Source of the DNA: Balanoglossus misakiensis
Taxonomy: Eukaryota; Animalia; Hemichordata
Length of the DNA: 64,000 nt
Direction of reading: 5' to 3'
NCBI GenBank assembly: GCA_040954595.2
Contig: CM082580.2
Coordinates: 11,608,909 to 11,672,908, forward strand
Shown here: piece after piece, positions 42,301-53,005 of the stretch
Layout of the letters: each line of letters starts with the position of its first letter
Numbering within the stretch: the first letter of the stretch is position 1
Notes under the pieces: generated by a model
Seen by the model: the letters and a program-made list of their open reading frames with translations, nothing else
The model's database searches: none
What the model was told of the DNA's origin: nothing
Translations under genes and position numbers: made by a program

Positions 42301-42357
42301 TTCTTCAATTTAAACACATCGAGGTACATACCTTCTGCACAATATTTGGAAAGACAT
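39317..42357 (-). CDS. HIBCH: 3-hydroxyisobutyryl-CoA hydrolase, mitochondrial
   Basis: Spliced exons encode MSFQILCRR (transit-peptide-like start), [58 protein letters not shown]...[10 protein letters not shown] and [21 protein letters not shown], all characteristic of HIBCH. Confidence 0.93.
41905..42046. repeat. Two adjacent inverted repeats (hairpins) in HIBCH intron 1
   Basis: Perfect 23-bp arms at 41913-41935 / 41976-41998 and perfect 14-bp arms at 42007-42020 / 42025-42038. A 12-bp direct repeat atatcaggtata occurs at 41905 and 41996. Confidence 0.85.
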
Positions 42358-42444
42358 TTGACCTTTGTTCGTATACTATAAGTTGTAATATGTAAGAACA
42401 TTAGATAACAATCGAAGACCTGAAGCTTCCAGGACACATGTCAG

Positions 42445-42457
42445 AGGTCAAGGGTCA
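42445..42457. promoter_or_regulatory. DR1 nuclear-receptor element in the HIBCH promoter
   Basis: AGGTCA-A-GGGTCA about 90 bp upstream of the HIBCH ATG. Motif match only. Confidence 0.35.
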
Positions 42458-43182
42458 GCAAGCTGCATAAGCGCCCTCTGAGTTAAATTTACTTAGTTCT
42501 TCGTTTCTGTTTAGTTCTGTTGTTTAGCCAGCTATTTGACCATTCAGTGCTGAACAACGATGGAAAGTTGTTGCTGTTTTCCTGACAAAACACCACAAAT
42601 ACCACAATTGGAGTTAAGGGCTATTGCCCCTTTTATTTCCCTGAATATATATGTACACATGAGTCCAGTTGTTGCAAATGATCCAAAACTGAAAGTAAAG
42701 GAAAACCGAGAAAAGGGGTCACTGGCAAGAGATGACGAATACAACAGCACTTGAATGAGGAAATATAAAAACCTTAAAAGCAAAACTATCACAAAGACAG
42801 CTTCTAGTTAAAACTAAAACAGTACATATACAAGCTGAAATAATAGATTTTTTTAATAAGAGACTCTAAGAATGTGAAGTAAAATTTGACTGTAGTAAAA
42901 CATAAATTACAATATTTACAGTTTTTAATAAATATTGTGTGTTTTTATCATTTGTACACCAGCTTCGTAACGAAGGCATCAGAATGTGTGCCGATTCTAA
43001 TGATCAGAACAGACATTCTGGGAAGTGCCTCATAATGTTGCCATGTCACAGACATGGTGGCAATCAGGTCAAGGAAGAATCTTGTTCTTATGTCCTCTTT
43101 TTTTCAAAAGCTGGTGCAGTTATCTGATCTGCTTGTCAATTTGGGAAACAATGAAACACTGATTTGTGTATTTTATTTATCT

Positions 43183-46100
43183 TCAGTTATTGTCCATATT
43201 GAAGACGGTTGACTCCATGTCTCGGCGTGGTGGTTTGAGAGGTTTCGTGGCTGCCAACATTTGTCTGGCGTACGGATTATTCTGCAGACCGGCTGAACGT
43301 AGCGCTGCGTCCAATTTGTGCCTGGGATCACTTGTGACCTATAAATTCGAACATTGAAAAGACTTTGTTTACCCTTTCACTGTATCAAGCAGTAATGACC
43401 TATTCACCTTTCAACATACCAGCTGGAGACTTCTTACTTGTCAGTCGGTGTAAGTCATGCATATCATCCATACAATGCAAGGCATTTTCTGAAATCTTTT
43501 TTCTTACCTGATTGCTGGAAAAGCCCGTCATTTCAAAGAGAGGTCGCTGTATGTTGATATCCTCCTCAACGTCTATTCCAAGTTTTGCATTAGATGCCTG
43601 CAAAAGACAGTGCTTTCTTAATAATGTGATCTAGGTTTTGACATTACTGTGGTTATCATGTCAATATATTATTATAACTGCAATAGAGATGAAAAGTGCA
43701 CACAGAATCTATTGGTACATGCAATCAAGGACAATCCAGGCAGACTCTGAGATGTGTTGTCTCACTGTGTAAAACTCTGCATGCTTATTGAATGACCTAC
43801 CTTAGTGGGTTTCATAACTCTATACGGGTCAGCGTCTACGTGGACTTCAACCTAAGGGAGAGATGGCAACATACATGTGTGTTGAAATATGCCTGTGTAA
43901 ACTCCAATTAAAAGCTAATTGCAATTAAATAGCTGTGGATGGTATCCCGCCGTCATTTCCTTCAAGCCATTAATTAGATTTGACATTGGCACTGTACAGT
44001 ACCTGATCTCGCAGCGCTTGAAGCCGACGTTCTTTCTCTCTCTCCACCTCTGCTTGCCTCTCAAGCTCCTCTTCTCTGGCTAGCAACTTCTCTTGCTGCA
44101 GTTGTTCTCGATACTCAACCCTGTCAAAGGGAAAGTTGTACGCCATTTAAGGTTATGGGTATTTTGCGTTGTGGATGATCAATTTTTTTAAAAGCATGTC
44201 AATGATTAACCCTGTCAACAAGAATAACCAAAAGTCAAAAGAAAAAAAATAACAAGTTAAAAAGACAGTTATTACATAGTTTTTCTTACCTTTCTTTATC
44301 AATTAAAGCTTGCTCAGCAAGCTGTTTCTGAAGCTCTACAAGTCTTTTTTGATCAGCTTCTGCTTTGGCAGCTCGGACATCCTCTATATGTTGATGGTAT
44401 TCTCCGAGCTGAGCATAAATCAAGAAAAAATTGTGAGAATTAATTAGTACTGCTTCAAGAAATGGCTCTGCCAGCTGAAAATGGTGACATATTTGCATGA
44501 TGATGGTGATAGCAGACCAAAGAACACAGGGGTTTGGGACATAATGATGAGTACCCTTTTCCTTTGCTGGTCTCTGCGCCTCTTTTCCATCTCAGCTTGT
44601 CTTTTCCTTTCCTCTTTCAACTCTTCCTGCCTTGCCGCTTCAATCTCGGCTTGTAGTCTCAGCTCTTCCATCTTCTGATCACGCCAGTGTTGTACCTTGG
44701 TTATGCAAAAAGGAAATGCAAGTTTAGTTAAACCGAATATATGATTTTAAGGTTTTGGCTACATTATAAAGAGCATGGGCTTCACTGAAGGGTCCCAGTC
44801 TGCCTCGGCTTGGCCTGGTTCTTGTGTAAGCTATACTGTCTCCTTACTCATCATGAAAAAGGGGATGTGCTGTATGATAAGGCAAGATCACCATGGTCAT
44901 AATACGTGTAAGCCCCAGAATTCGAATTTCGAGTCAAATGAGGACTGTGACCATAGACGACTTAAAAAACCTACCTTTTCGTACAACTTATCACAGATCT
45001 CTCGCTGTCTCTTCCGATTGATGGCAGCCACTTTCTCTAACTCCGCAGCAAGACAGGCATCAGCAAACACTGCCTTGGCTTTGTTCAGTAGCTCTGCCCT
45101 CGACTTGATCCACGAGTTGATCAACACTTTCCTATGTTCATCGTAGTATTTTTTACCTGTGTACCATTCCTCATGGGCAACCTGGGAGGAAAATTTTAAA
45201 ATTCACTTGGCTGTGATTTATCATAACGACATTAATACCAAGTCATGTATACAAAATAGACCCCTGTCAATTGCAATACAACACAGCGTAACAAATACAT
45301 ACATACAGTTACATTCAACACATGTTTCTATTGTGATGCAAATAATCTAGTACTCTATCAGAAATTCCTGTAGGGAACACACAGCTAAGGGAGACTTGTT
45401 GAGTTCCACAGGAAATCTCTACCAAACCTTGAAGGACAAGACTACTGACCAACTCTGGCCTTGTTTTGTGAGGTAACTGTCTTTTCATCCGGTCAAGATA
45501 CAGCATTCTAGAATTTGCCATGTCGTGTGGATACTGCTCCAAGATAGCCTGGAACAACAGGTGATCATCGGCGTCCCAGCCATCAGTCTCTGAACTGAAA
45601 TACATACAGAGGAAGCTCTCAATTACACGCATGGAATTAAGATACTACTGGCTATGCTTTAGGTAACCTTTCCCGAACAAGTATACAAGCAAACTGCGTT
45701 TCCATTATTAACAATAGAGACTGCCAGAAAGAAGCATGTTTGGATTCCTTCATCATTATCATGATTCCTGATCTGGATGGACATTAATACATACCAGACA
45801 ATGCTTTGATGTCTCGCATCCCACTCTGACAGTTTCTCTCTGAATCTCTCATCCAAGTAGAGAAATTCACAGAGAACTGACTCCCTGAGATACGGATCCG
45901 GGCATTCCAGTTCTTCTGCCTCGTCCGGGATGCCGTCCAACACCCACTTCTCATGCGCCGCAGACGCTTCCTTGAGAGTCCTGCGGTCCAAGTCCTGCTC
46001 CAAAGTGCCTCGCTCATCCAACAACCTGTCCAGAATCATCTTCTGTTGGCGTTTCACCGAGTTGACCGTTTTGGACACCCTGTCGTACTCCTCATAAACC

Positions 46101-46830
46101 TCTTCCTCTCCGGCCTTGAGTTCTTCCTTGTGGTCTTTCAGCCACACCTCCAGGTCCTCTCTCAGGTTGGCGATGGGATCGATGGTGGCCGCCGTGAACT
46201 GCTTCTGGTCGGCGGCCAGTTGCATGTCGAGTTCCTCGGCTTCAAGCATAAATGTAGAGATGGAAGACTCCTCTAGAGTACCATCCTGCATGTATACTTG
46301 AAGCTCTCTCTCCGCTCTCTTCCCTGCCGCCTCTAACCTCGAGTGCTCCTTCTGCCACACCATTCTATGCTGCTTCAACAAATGGTGCTCTTTGCTCTGC
46401 TTAGATACTTGAGCCAGTTTCTCAATCTTCATCAGGGACTGATTGGCCGCAAACTTCTTCTCAAAGGCAATGGCCTTCAGTTTTTCGTAGTCTACTGCTT
46501 TGTACTTGGTGCTTCCCATACCTTCCCTCATTCTGATCAGCAGTTTATCTGTTTTCAGACAAAGTCGACAGACAGTCACATCACCACACAGAAGCAGATG
46601 TGATATTGTTTGAATGGGGTGAATGCATCAAGGGGTGTTAACATACCAAATCTCTAACATAGCATAATCTAACAATGGAATTTTGTCATCATAGTATACA
46701 GGATCAAATGCTTTATGTTTTAATTATGTGTGATCACTTTTATACACATACCCTGATCATCTGTTCTTGCAATCTCTCTCTTCCCACTCCGATGTAAGCT
46801 AAGGAATTCCTTGTAGTCCCTGCCTGTCAT
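43183..46830 (-). CDS. CCDC148: Coiled-coil domain-containing protein 148
   Basis: KYKAVDYEKLKAIAFEKK...KEHHLLKQHRMVWQKE, LECPDPYLRESVL, GWDADDHLLFQAILEQYP and C-terminal DPRHKLDAALRSAGL...KPPRRDMESTVF resemble vertebrate CCDC148 as recalled. The start ATG at 46830 is inferred. Confidence 0.8.
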
Positions 46831-47206
46831 TGTGATACCTCCAAAATGGTAAAGACATAGGATCATAAGAACTCTCAACTCCTCAGTGTATATCAATGAA
46901 TATTGAAGTCCATTTTGTATTCATCCACCTGCAAACGAAGTCATTAAACCTGGTGACATGATTTCATTTTATCGCTGAATTTAATTTCTTCTGACTGACC
47001 TACGTGTACAATTTCATTAAAATGTCAATACCAGAAGTAGCCGGGCTTTACAGAAAATAATGATCCAGGTCGATCAAACTCGAGCTAAGGTTGGCGATGT
47101 AAACAAAAGAGGTCGACTAGGGGATCTAAAGTGTACGCTTGTCAAAGTTGAACTTTTCAATGAAGTCGTCGATCAACTAAACATTTGGAAGACTGGAATT
47201 CACTGC

Positions 47207-47221
47207 GTTACCCAGAGCAAC
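47207..47221. promoter_or_regulatory. RFX X-box candidate upstream of CCDC148
   Basis: GTTACC-CAG-AGCAAC fits GTNRCC(N0-3)RGYAAC. A forkhead motif GTAAACA lies at 47099-47105. Confidence 0.35.
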
Positions 47222-47987
47222 CTAAATAACAAACGATTACCTTGTTGTTATGACTAAGACGCCACTACATGGACGACGCCATCTTGAATATCAAATTTAT
47301 TCGCAAAGCACCATGGGTGAAGCCTGAGTTCATCATTAACACGGGGGGGGGGGGGGGATTGAAAATTGCTTATTTGAGGTATAGAGTTTACTTGCTGAAT
47401 TAAAAATGTAAATGACAAAGTAAGTAATTATGAAGTAAATTCTGCCCACTCAGATTTAAAATTCATTTGATGGTAAGAATTTATTAAACAAATATCAGAT
47501 ACACATAATCATGATAATGATATTGAAGTCAACAATCAGCTGTACAAGATACAAAATACAATACAATACAATACAATAAAATATACAAGCTTCCAATGGT
47601 GGGTGACATAACTGCGAAGATGGTCAATATTATTTCACATTACATAATCACGGTGTATGTATTGCAGTCTGAATTTTATTTCAGTTCCTCTCCCTTTTTA
47701 GGAGTAACAAGAAAGTTCAATGATTGACATGATACCACAATGCAGAGTTGAAAAAAAATTGTATTGACAAATCTCAATCTGATTAAAATCTTAATTAAGA
47801 CACCTAGGTTTGTATTCGTAACAATCCTCACCTCCCTTTTCTATGGTAAAGCTGGACCTCTACAGAAGCAAATAGGGGTAAAAGGGTCAACCCCACTATA
47901 GAGAGTCAGGAATGTTGACAATGAACTTTCACAGAGTACTTGACACACATTCCCCCCAAACCCAAGAAGAGACCAACTGTATCATTT

Positions 47988-50900
47988 CTAGAGTCTGTAA
48001 GAGTGTCTGTCTTTGCTATTTCGCACAGCAGCAAGAGTGGCTTCTCTTGCTTTCTCTTGGTCGTCTACACTGACACCCATTTTCTCTTGGATATTTCTAT
48101 TGGCTGATCGCAAAAATGGATTGTAAGTCTTCTCATCACCAATGGTTGACGGGCACTGCAAGGAAAGTGATAAGATGCTGTTAAAAATTATCAATTACTT
48201 ATTTCTTATGCATGATGTTTACACTCCAATTTACAGTTTACACAATATATCACGTTGAAAATGGAATCTGTCACTATAGCACCTTTGCTGAAAATAACAA
48301 AACTGAACTTACTGTCATGATTCTGTCTTTTCTTTTCTCTTCAACCCACTGCAATTTGTTCTGTGATGGAAACAAATCAGATATCAACACAGAGCTGTAA
48401 TAGTACTTATATGTCAGTTGGGTCTATCTACAGAGATCAAAAACGACCAGTCTACCACGGTTACTCTTCTATTACTCTAAAGAAAACATTGGACACACAC
48501 AGGTCTATGCAAACCACTCCATGATATGCTAATCTAAGACGTCATTTTACCTGTAAGAAAGTATTCTCTGGTTCCACAGTAATGGCAAACTTCAAGTCAT
48601 CCTTGGCATATTCATGACCTGTAATAAATGAATTATCATGCCCATAAAATGTGACATGGAGGTACTGTGATATGTGTGTCATTTTCACAAATCCTATACA
48701 GAAATGAGACCTGCCTGTGTTTCTGAAAATATACTGATTCTGAAATTCAGGGTGATAGTTATGATTTTTTTTCTCAAGCTTTTTTATTTCTAAATTTCAT
48801 AAATATCATGGAACTGCTTTTAATCTGCCAATATAATATTACCTGGCCATATTAAAGTCTCATCATTCAGCTGGCAGACAGCATCTAATGACCTCAACAT
48901 GGTCCGCGCACTTCCTTCAAACATTCGACCTGCAGGAGGATAAAAACAATGACCATCATTACACAGGAACACGTTGGCCAGAATGACTGTAGATTGAGAT
49001 ATTGATGGACGTGGACGTGGCAAAATAATTGGCCAGGGTTACTTTTTGGAAATGAGGTGAATTATCAAAAGTATCAACATACCACTGCCTCCGATAAATA
49101 ACAGATCTCCCGAGAAAAGAGAATCTGGAGCTGAGAATGGGGTCCCGTCAAGGATGTAGACAGAATGACCTGATGTGAGAGACACGAGATTTGGAAAAAA
49201 AATGGTGAAAAAAGGGCCGACTACATCATCAGCATTTCTAAACATCTGATGCAAAAGCTGTCCTCTGCATCAATCAGATCAATTCCAGTTCTCCCTAAAG
49301 CATGAATGCTGAAACCTCATTAAAGTCAATGATATCTCCTGGGATCTACCATTTGGATGACAGAATCTGTGGCAACACAGTAGCGAGCACTTCACATAAA
49401 TAATCAATGATCTCACCTTGTGTGTGACCGGGTGTAAATTTCACAGTGAAATTGAAGTTTCCAAACTGTATCTTATCATCGTTATTGACAGGGCTGGAAA
49501 AGAGATTTTTACAGATACATGTAATGCTAATACTGACATTTTGTTTGGACTGAATCATGGTGGTGTAAGGGTTAATATCATATTTTAAGTGAACACAGGA
49601 TTCTCATAACCTGCCTCTCTGTGCTTTGCTAACAACTGGTGCTTATACTCACTTTGTCAAACCAGGTATTGAGTCCGATGAAGAACCGTAGACTGGAACA
49701 TTTCTATAGTTGGATTTCATTGTTGAGTTTCCTCCACTGTGATCCCTGTTCAGAATTACATTACATAAAAATACAAAAGATTAACATATTTATTGTTAAG
49801 GTTCACACACTCAAATTCCCCCAAAACGGTACTTTCAAAGAGTTTTTCCATTATTCCCAAATTTAAAATGCCATTTGCAAAGTGTCGGAAAAAATGATAT
49901 ATCTTACCAATGTTTATGTGTTGTAAGTATTGCTAACAGCTTTACATTTTCATCAGTTAGAAATTTCTAGAAAAGACAATTTTTTAAATAAGATTATCTG
50001 CTGGCTATGAGCAACCAGTATGTACATGTAGATTCTGAATATGCGGCTGCTTGTAAGTTGTACAAACATATGTAAAATATCTAGACCTTGAACACATGGA
50101 AATATACATGCTTTGCTGTGTATTGGTGATAAGAGCAATAGAAACATGACACAAAAGTGTTACCAAGACTTCTATATACACGTACCAACATTTTCAACCC
50201 TTTGGCTTGAAAATATCATAAATAATACTGTATCATGTCAGTGTGGACTTGGTTGTCTTTTAAACTAGCTTATCATCACGGTGCGCCAGGCATTTAGAAC
50301 GATTCCCTTGTAACGATGCAACAATTTGCTGCATCACTGGGTTTTCATTGGATTGTGACTCTTACCTGTATGGTTTCAGCGTCAGACGGATCAATGACAA
50401 CCGCTACATTGTCCACTGTGTCAATCAGGACATAGGAGTAATTGTCTTCTATCAGTGGAATAGGACAGATTTTCAAGCCTGTAGATGAGAAATAGACAGA
50501 CATGGTAAAGTGGTGGTGATGATGATAACCACCTATTTACATAAAAGGATAATGTCACATTTTCTTCAAATTTTCAACATTTTAAAGGTCTTTTTTATTT
50601 TATCGTTTAATAGAAAACAACGCTTCCATATTTATTAAGGTACAATAGACTAGCTATCATCCTGATCCTTTGATTTTAGTAACCAGAGAAAAATATCCAT
50701 ATACTGAGTTATAGGCATACAGATATTTTTTGTGCGCTAGCTTTTTTATCATTTGCCTGTCATCGATAGCATTTCAATTTGCAAGAGGTTACAATAGCAA
50801 GGAGATAGTGAGCTGAATATTTCCATGGTAACAGACATATAGATGAGATTGGTTGGCGAGGACGTCTGTCTGATATAATGTGCACTGTTATAAAATACAT

Positions 50901-51821
50901 TAATGTCTGTACAGTTGAAAGGTCATGTCATAACCAATCATTTTGATTCTGATAGGTATCTGTCATGATTCACTACATCTTGAAATTAAATGTCATATAA
51001 AGTTCAGGTAGTTACATTTCACGGAAACAGATTTTCAGATATTTGTTAGTCCTCCAAATCTTCCAATATTCAGAGAGAATAATCTAAATCATGCATTGAG
51101 CAAAACATGAGAAAATATTCAAGATCTTGAGAAAGACAATATTGTTTCCCTGAGCATTTTTTCATTACCTCTGAATTCCACTGGGGAAACCACAGAATGG
51201 CCATCTGGGAATTTTTGTCTTGCTTTGGTTATATTCTTGAGGTGGTACACATAACCAAGCCGGGTTCTCGTATACAAAAAGTATCTGTAAGCGAGACATA
51301 TACAAGAAATCTACTGTAGACGCCCAAGGCCTCGGAAATCGAACACGAAAGGGACAACAGAACGAATAATACACAGACGTGCAAATCATGCAGAGTTAGA
51401 CACTCGTACAAATGATCAATTATCATCAAAACAGTAAATCGTGATTCATGTGATACAGGTACAAAGTACAAACTGTCAGAACAATGATCAGCATGGTAGG
51501 GCACTTTTGTTCAGCATTGTTGTCCTCTTTTCAATATACAATTATGTGCACTGCTTTGACGCATAAGGTCAAGTTGTACAGTACACACAACATTTGTATA
51601 TCTACTGTGAAAGTCTGCGATTCCTGAGCACACAGATTGCCTGGAGTGATCAAAGTTCACACGTTACACATAACTCACCCGATTTTGAAGAGAAACCCGC
51701 CCGGTCTGGTCGCCATCGATGATCTCTTAGCAGAATATCGGCGATAAAGAATGAGCACACTCACTCCAAGAAAAATGAAAGCTGGCAATGAAAACATCAT
51801 CCTGCTGCGCGTCCAGGTCAT
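47988..51821 (-). CDS. PNKD: PNKD-like metallo-beta-lactamase / glyoxalase II-family hydrolase
   Basis: N-terminal hydrophobic segment; [13 protein letters not shown]...KFPDGHS (PNKD-type extension); DNYSYVLID; THKHW|DHSGGN metal motif; TPGHTQG; [11 protein letters not shown]; GRMFEG; WPGHEY; [16 protein letters not shown]. Confidence 0.85.
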
Positions 51822-52344
51822 GTCCTTCCGGTGATAAACAAACAGGGATTTGGCCCGCCCTCAACGTTCAAAGGCTGTTATACAGACACACCCACCCCAG
51901 GGGGACACGCCCACCTGTTTGAGCTGCATGCATGGTTACCGATATCACTGTAGAAAGACGCAAGAAACAATGAAAACGTTGCATTTTAGACTATGAAATT
52001 TCATAAACAAAGCATGATCTCATCCACAAGAACATGCTGAGACATTTACATTTTTATTTTTCATTAAAATATTGTACTTCTTTAAAAATTGCAGGAATTC
52101 GTTATAGAGAAGTGTTGGTCTTGATATACTATCATTATTTTTGCATTGGTCAATGTTTTACTGCTAATATAACCGGGGTGTAAAAAAGTCATCCAAACCT
52201 AAACTGGTGTTCAACACTTTTATTCTTATAAAACAGTGAACGTCAGTAAAATGCTAAATATTAAAACAGAACAAAACATTACAGTATAATAATTTATATA
52301 TATTAAATTTTTTCATGTTTTATGCATCAAACCTTTGGGTGACA

Positions 52345-52737
52345 AGTTCAGAATGTTGTCTCGTTGTGTAGTTATCTCATAAAAACTTTTCTTTCTGAAG
52401 CAGTTGGACCTCATTCTGTATAACAAATGTTTAACTGATACATGTAGCTTGTGATGAGAACAGGGTTAAAAAGTATTTGTAACACAAAAACTTAAGTAAA
52501 AACTGGAAAATTTCAACAAATGTAAAAGTCCAGAATGTTGTCTTCTTGTACATCAAAACTTTTCTCTCCAAAGCAGTAGGACCTCATTCTGCATAACACA
52601 ACATATCTTGTACCTCACAGACAGTACATCATGTTTAACTGATACACATAGCTTGTGTTGAGTACAGGGTACAACAAGTATTTGTAACACAAAAACGTAT
52701 CAAGTAAAAACTGCAAAACTTCAACAAATGTAAAAAA
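52345..52737. repeat. Diverged tandem duplication (~185-210 bp x2) in the predicted 3' UTR of the DNMT3-like gene
   Basis: cagaatgttgtc...ggacctcattctg...atgtttaactgatac...aagtatttgtaacacaaaaac...caacaaatgtaaaa occurs twice in succession. The second copy carries a ~25-bp insertion. Confidence 0.75.
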
Positions 52738-53005
52738 ATAAACAGTATGAACAATACTTTTAAAAGGCAACACTTAGGAATCAGTCATTGCTTTTATTTT
52801 AGAACAGATATGCATCAATTTTGAATAAGATTTGAACAACACTGCAGCAGACCAGCTCTCACAGGTCTGGGAAGGGGGAACACAACTTCAGATGCAAAAT
52901 GGCAGTAAATAATGACCAGTAACCAAGAACTTTGGCTGTATGTTGACCATTCTTCCTCGTATAGTCTGGCTGTCAACCCTTCTCTGTAAACACCCTGGTA
53001 TTCTT

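Noticed and set aside
47344-47357. Poly-G run (similar G/C runs near 11485 and 17700)
   Set aside because: Simple homopolymers with no evidence of function.
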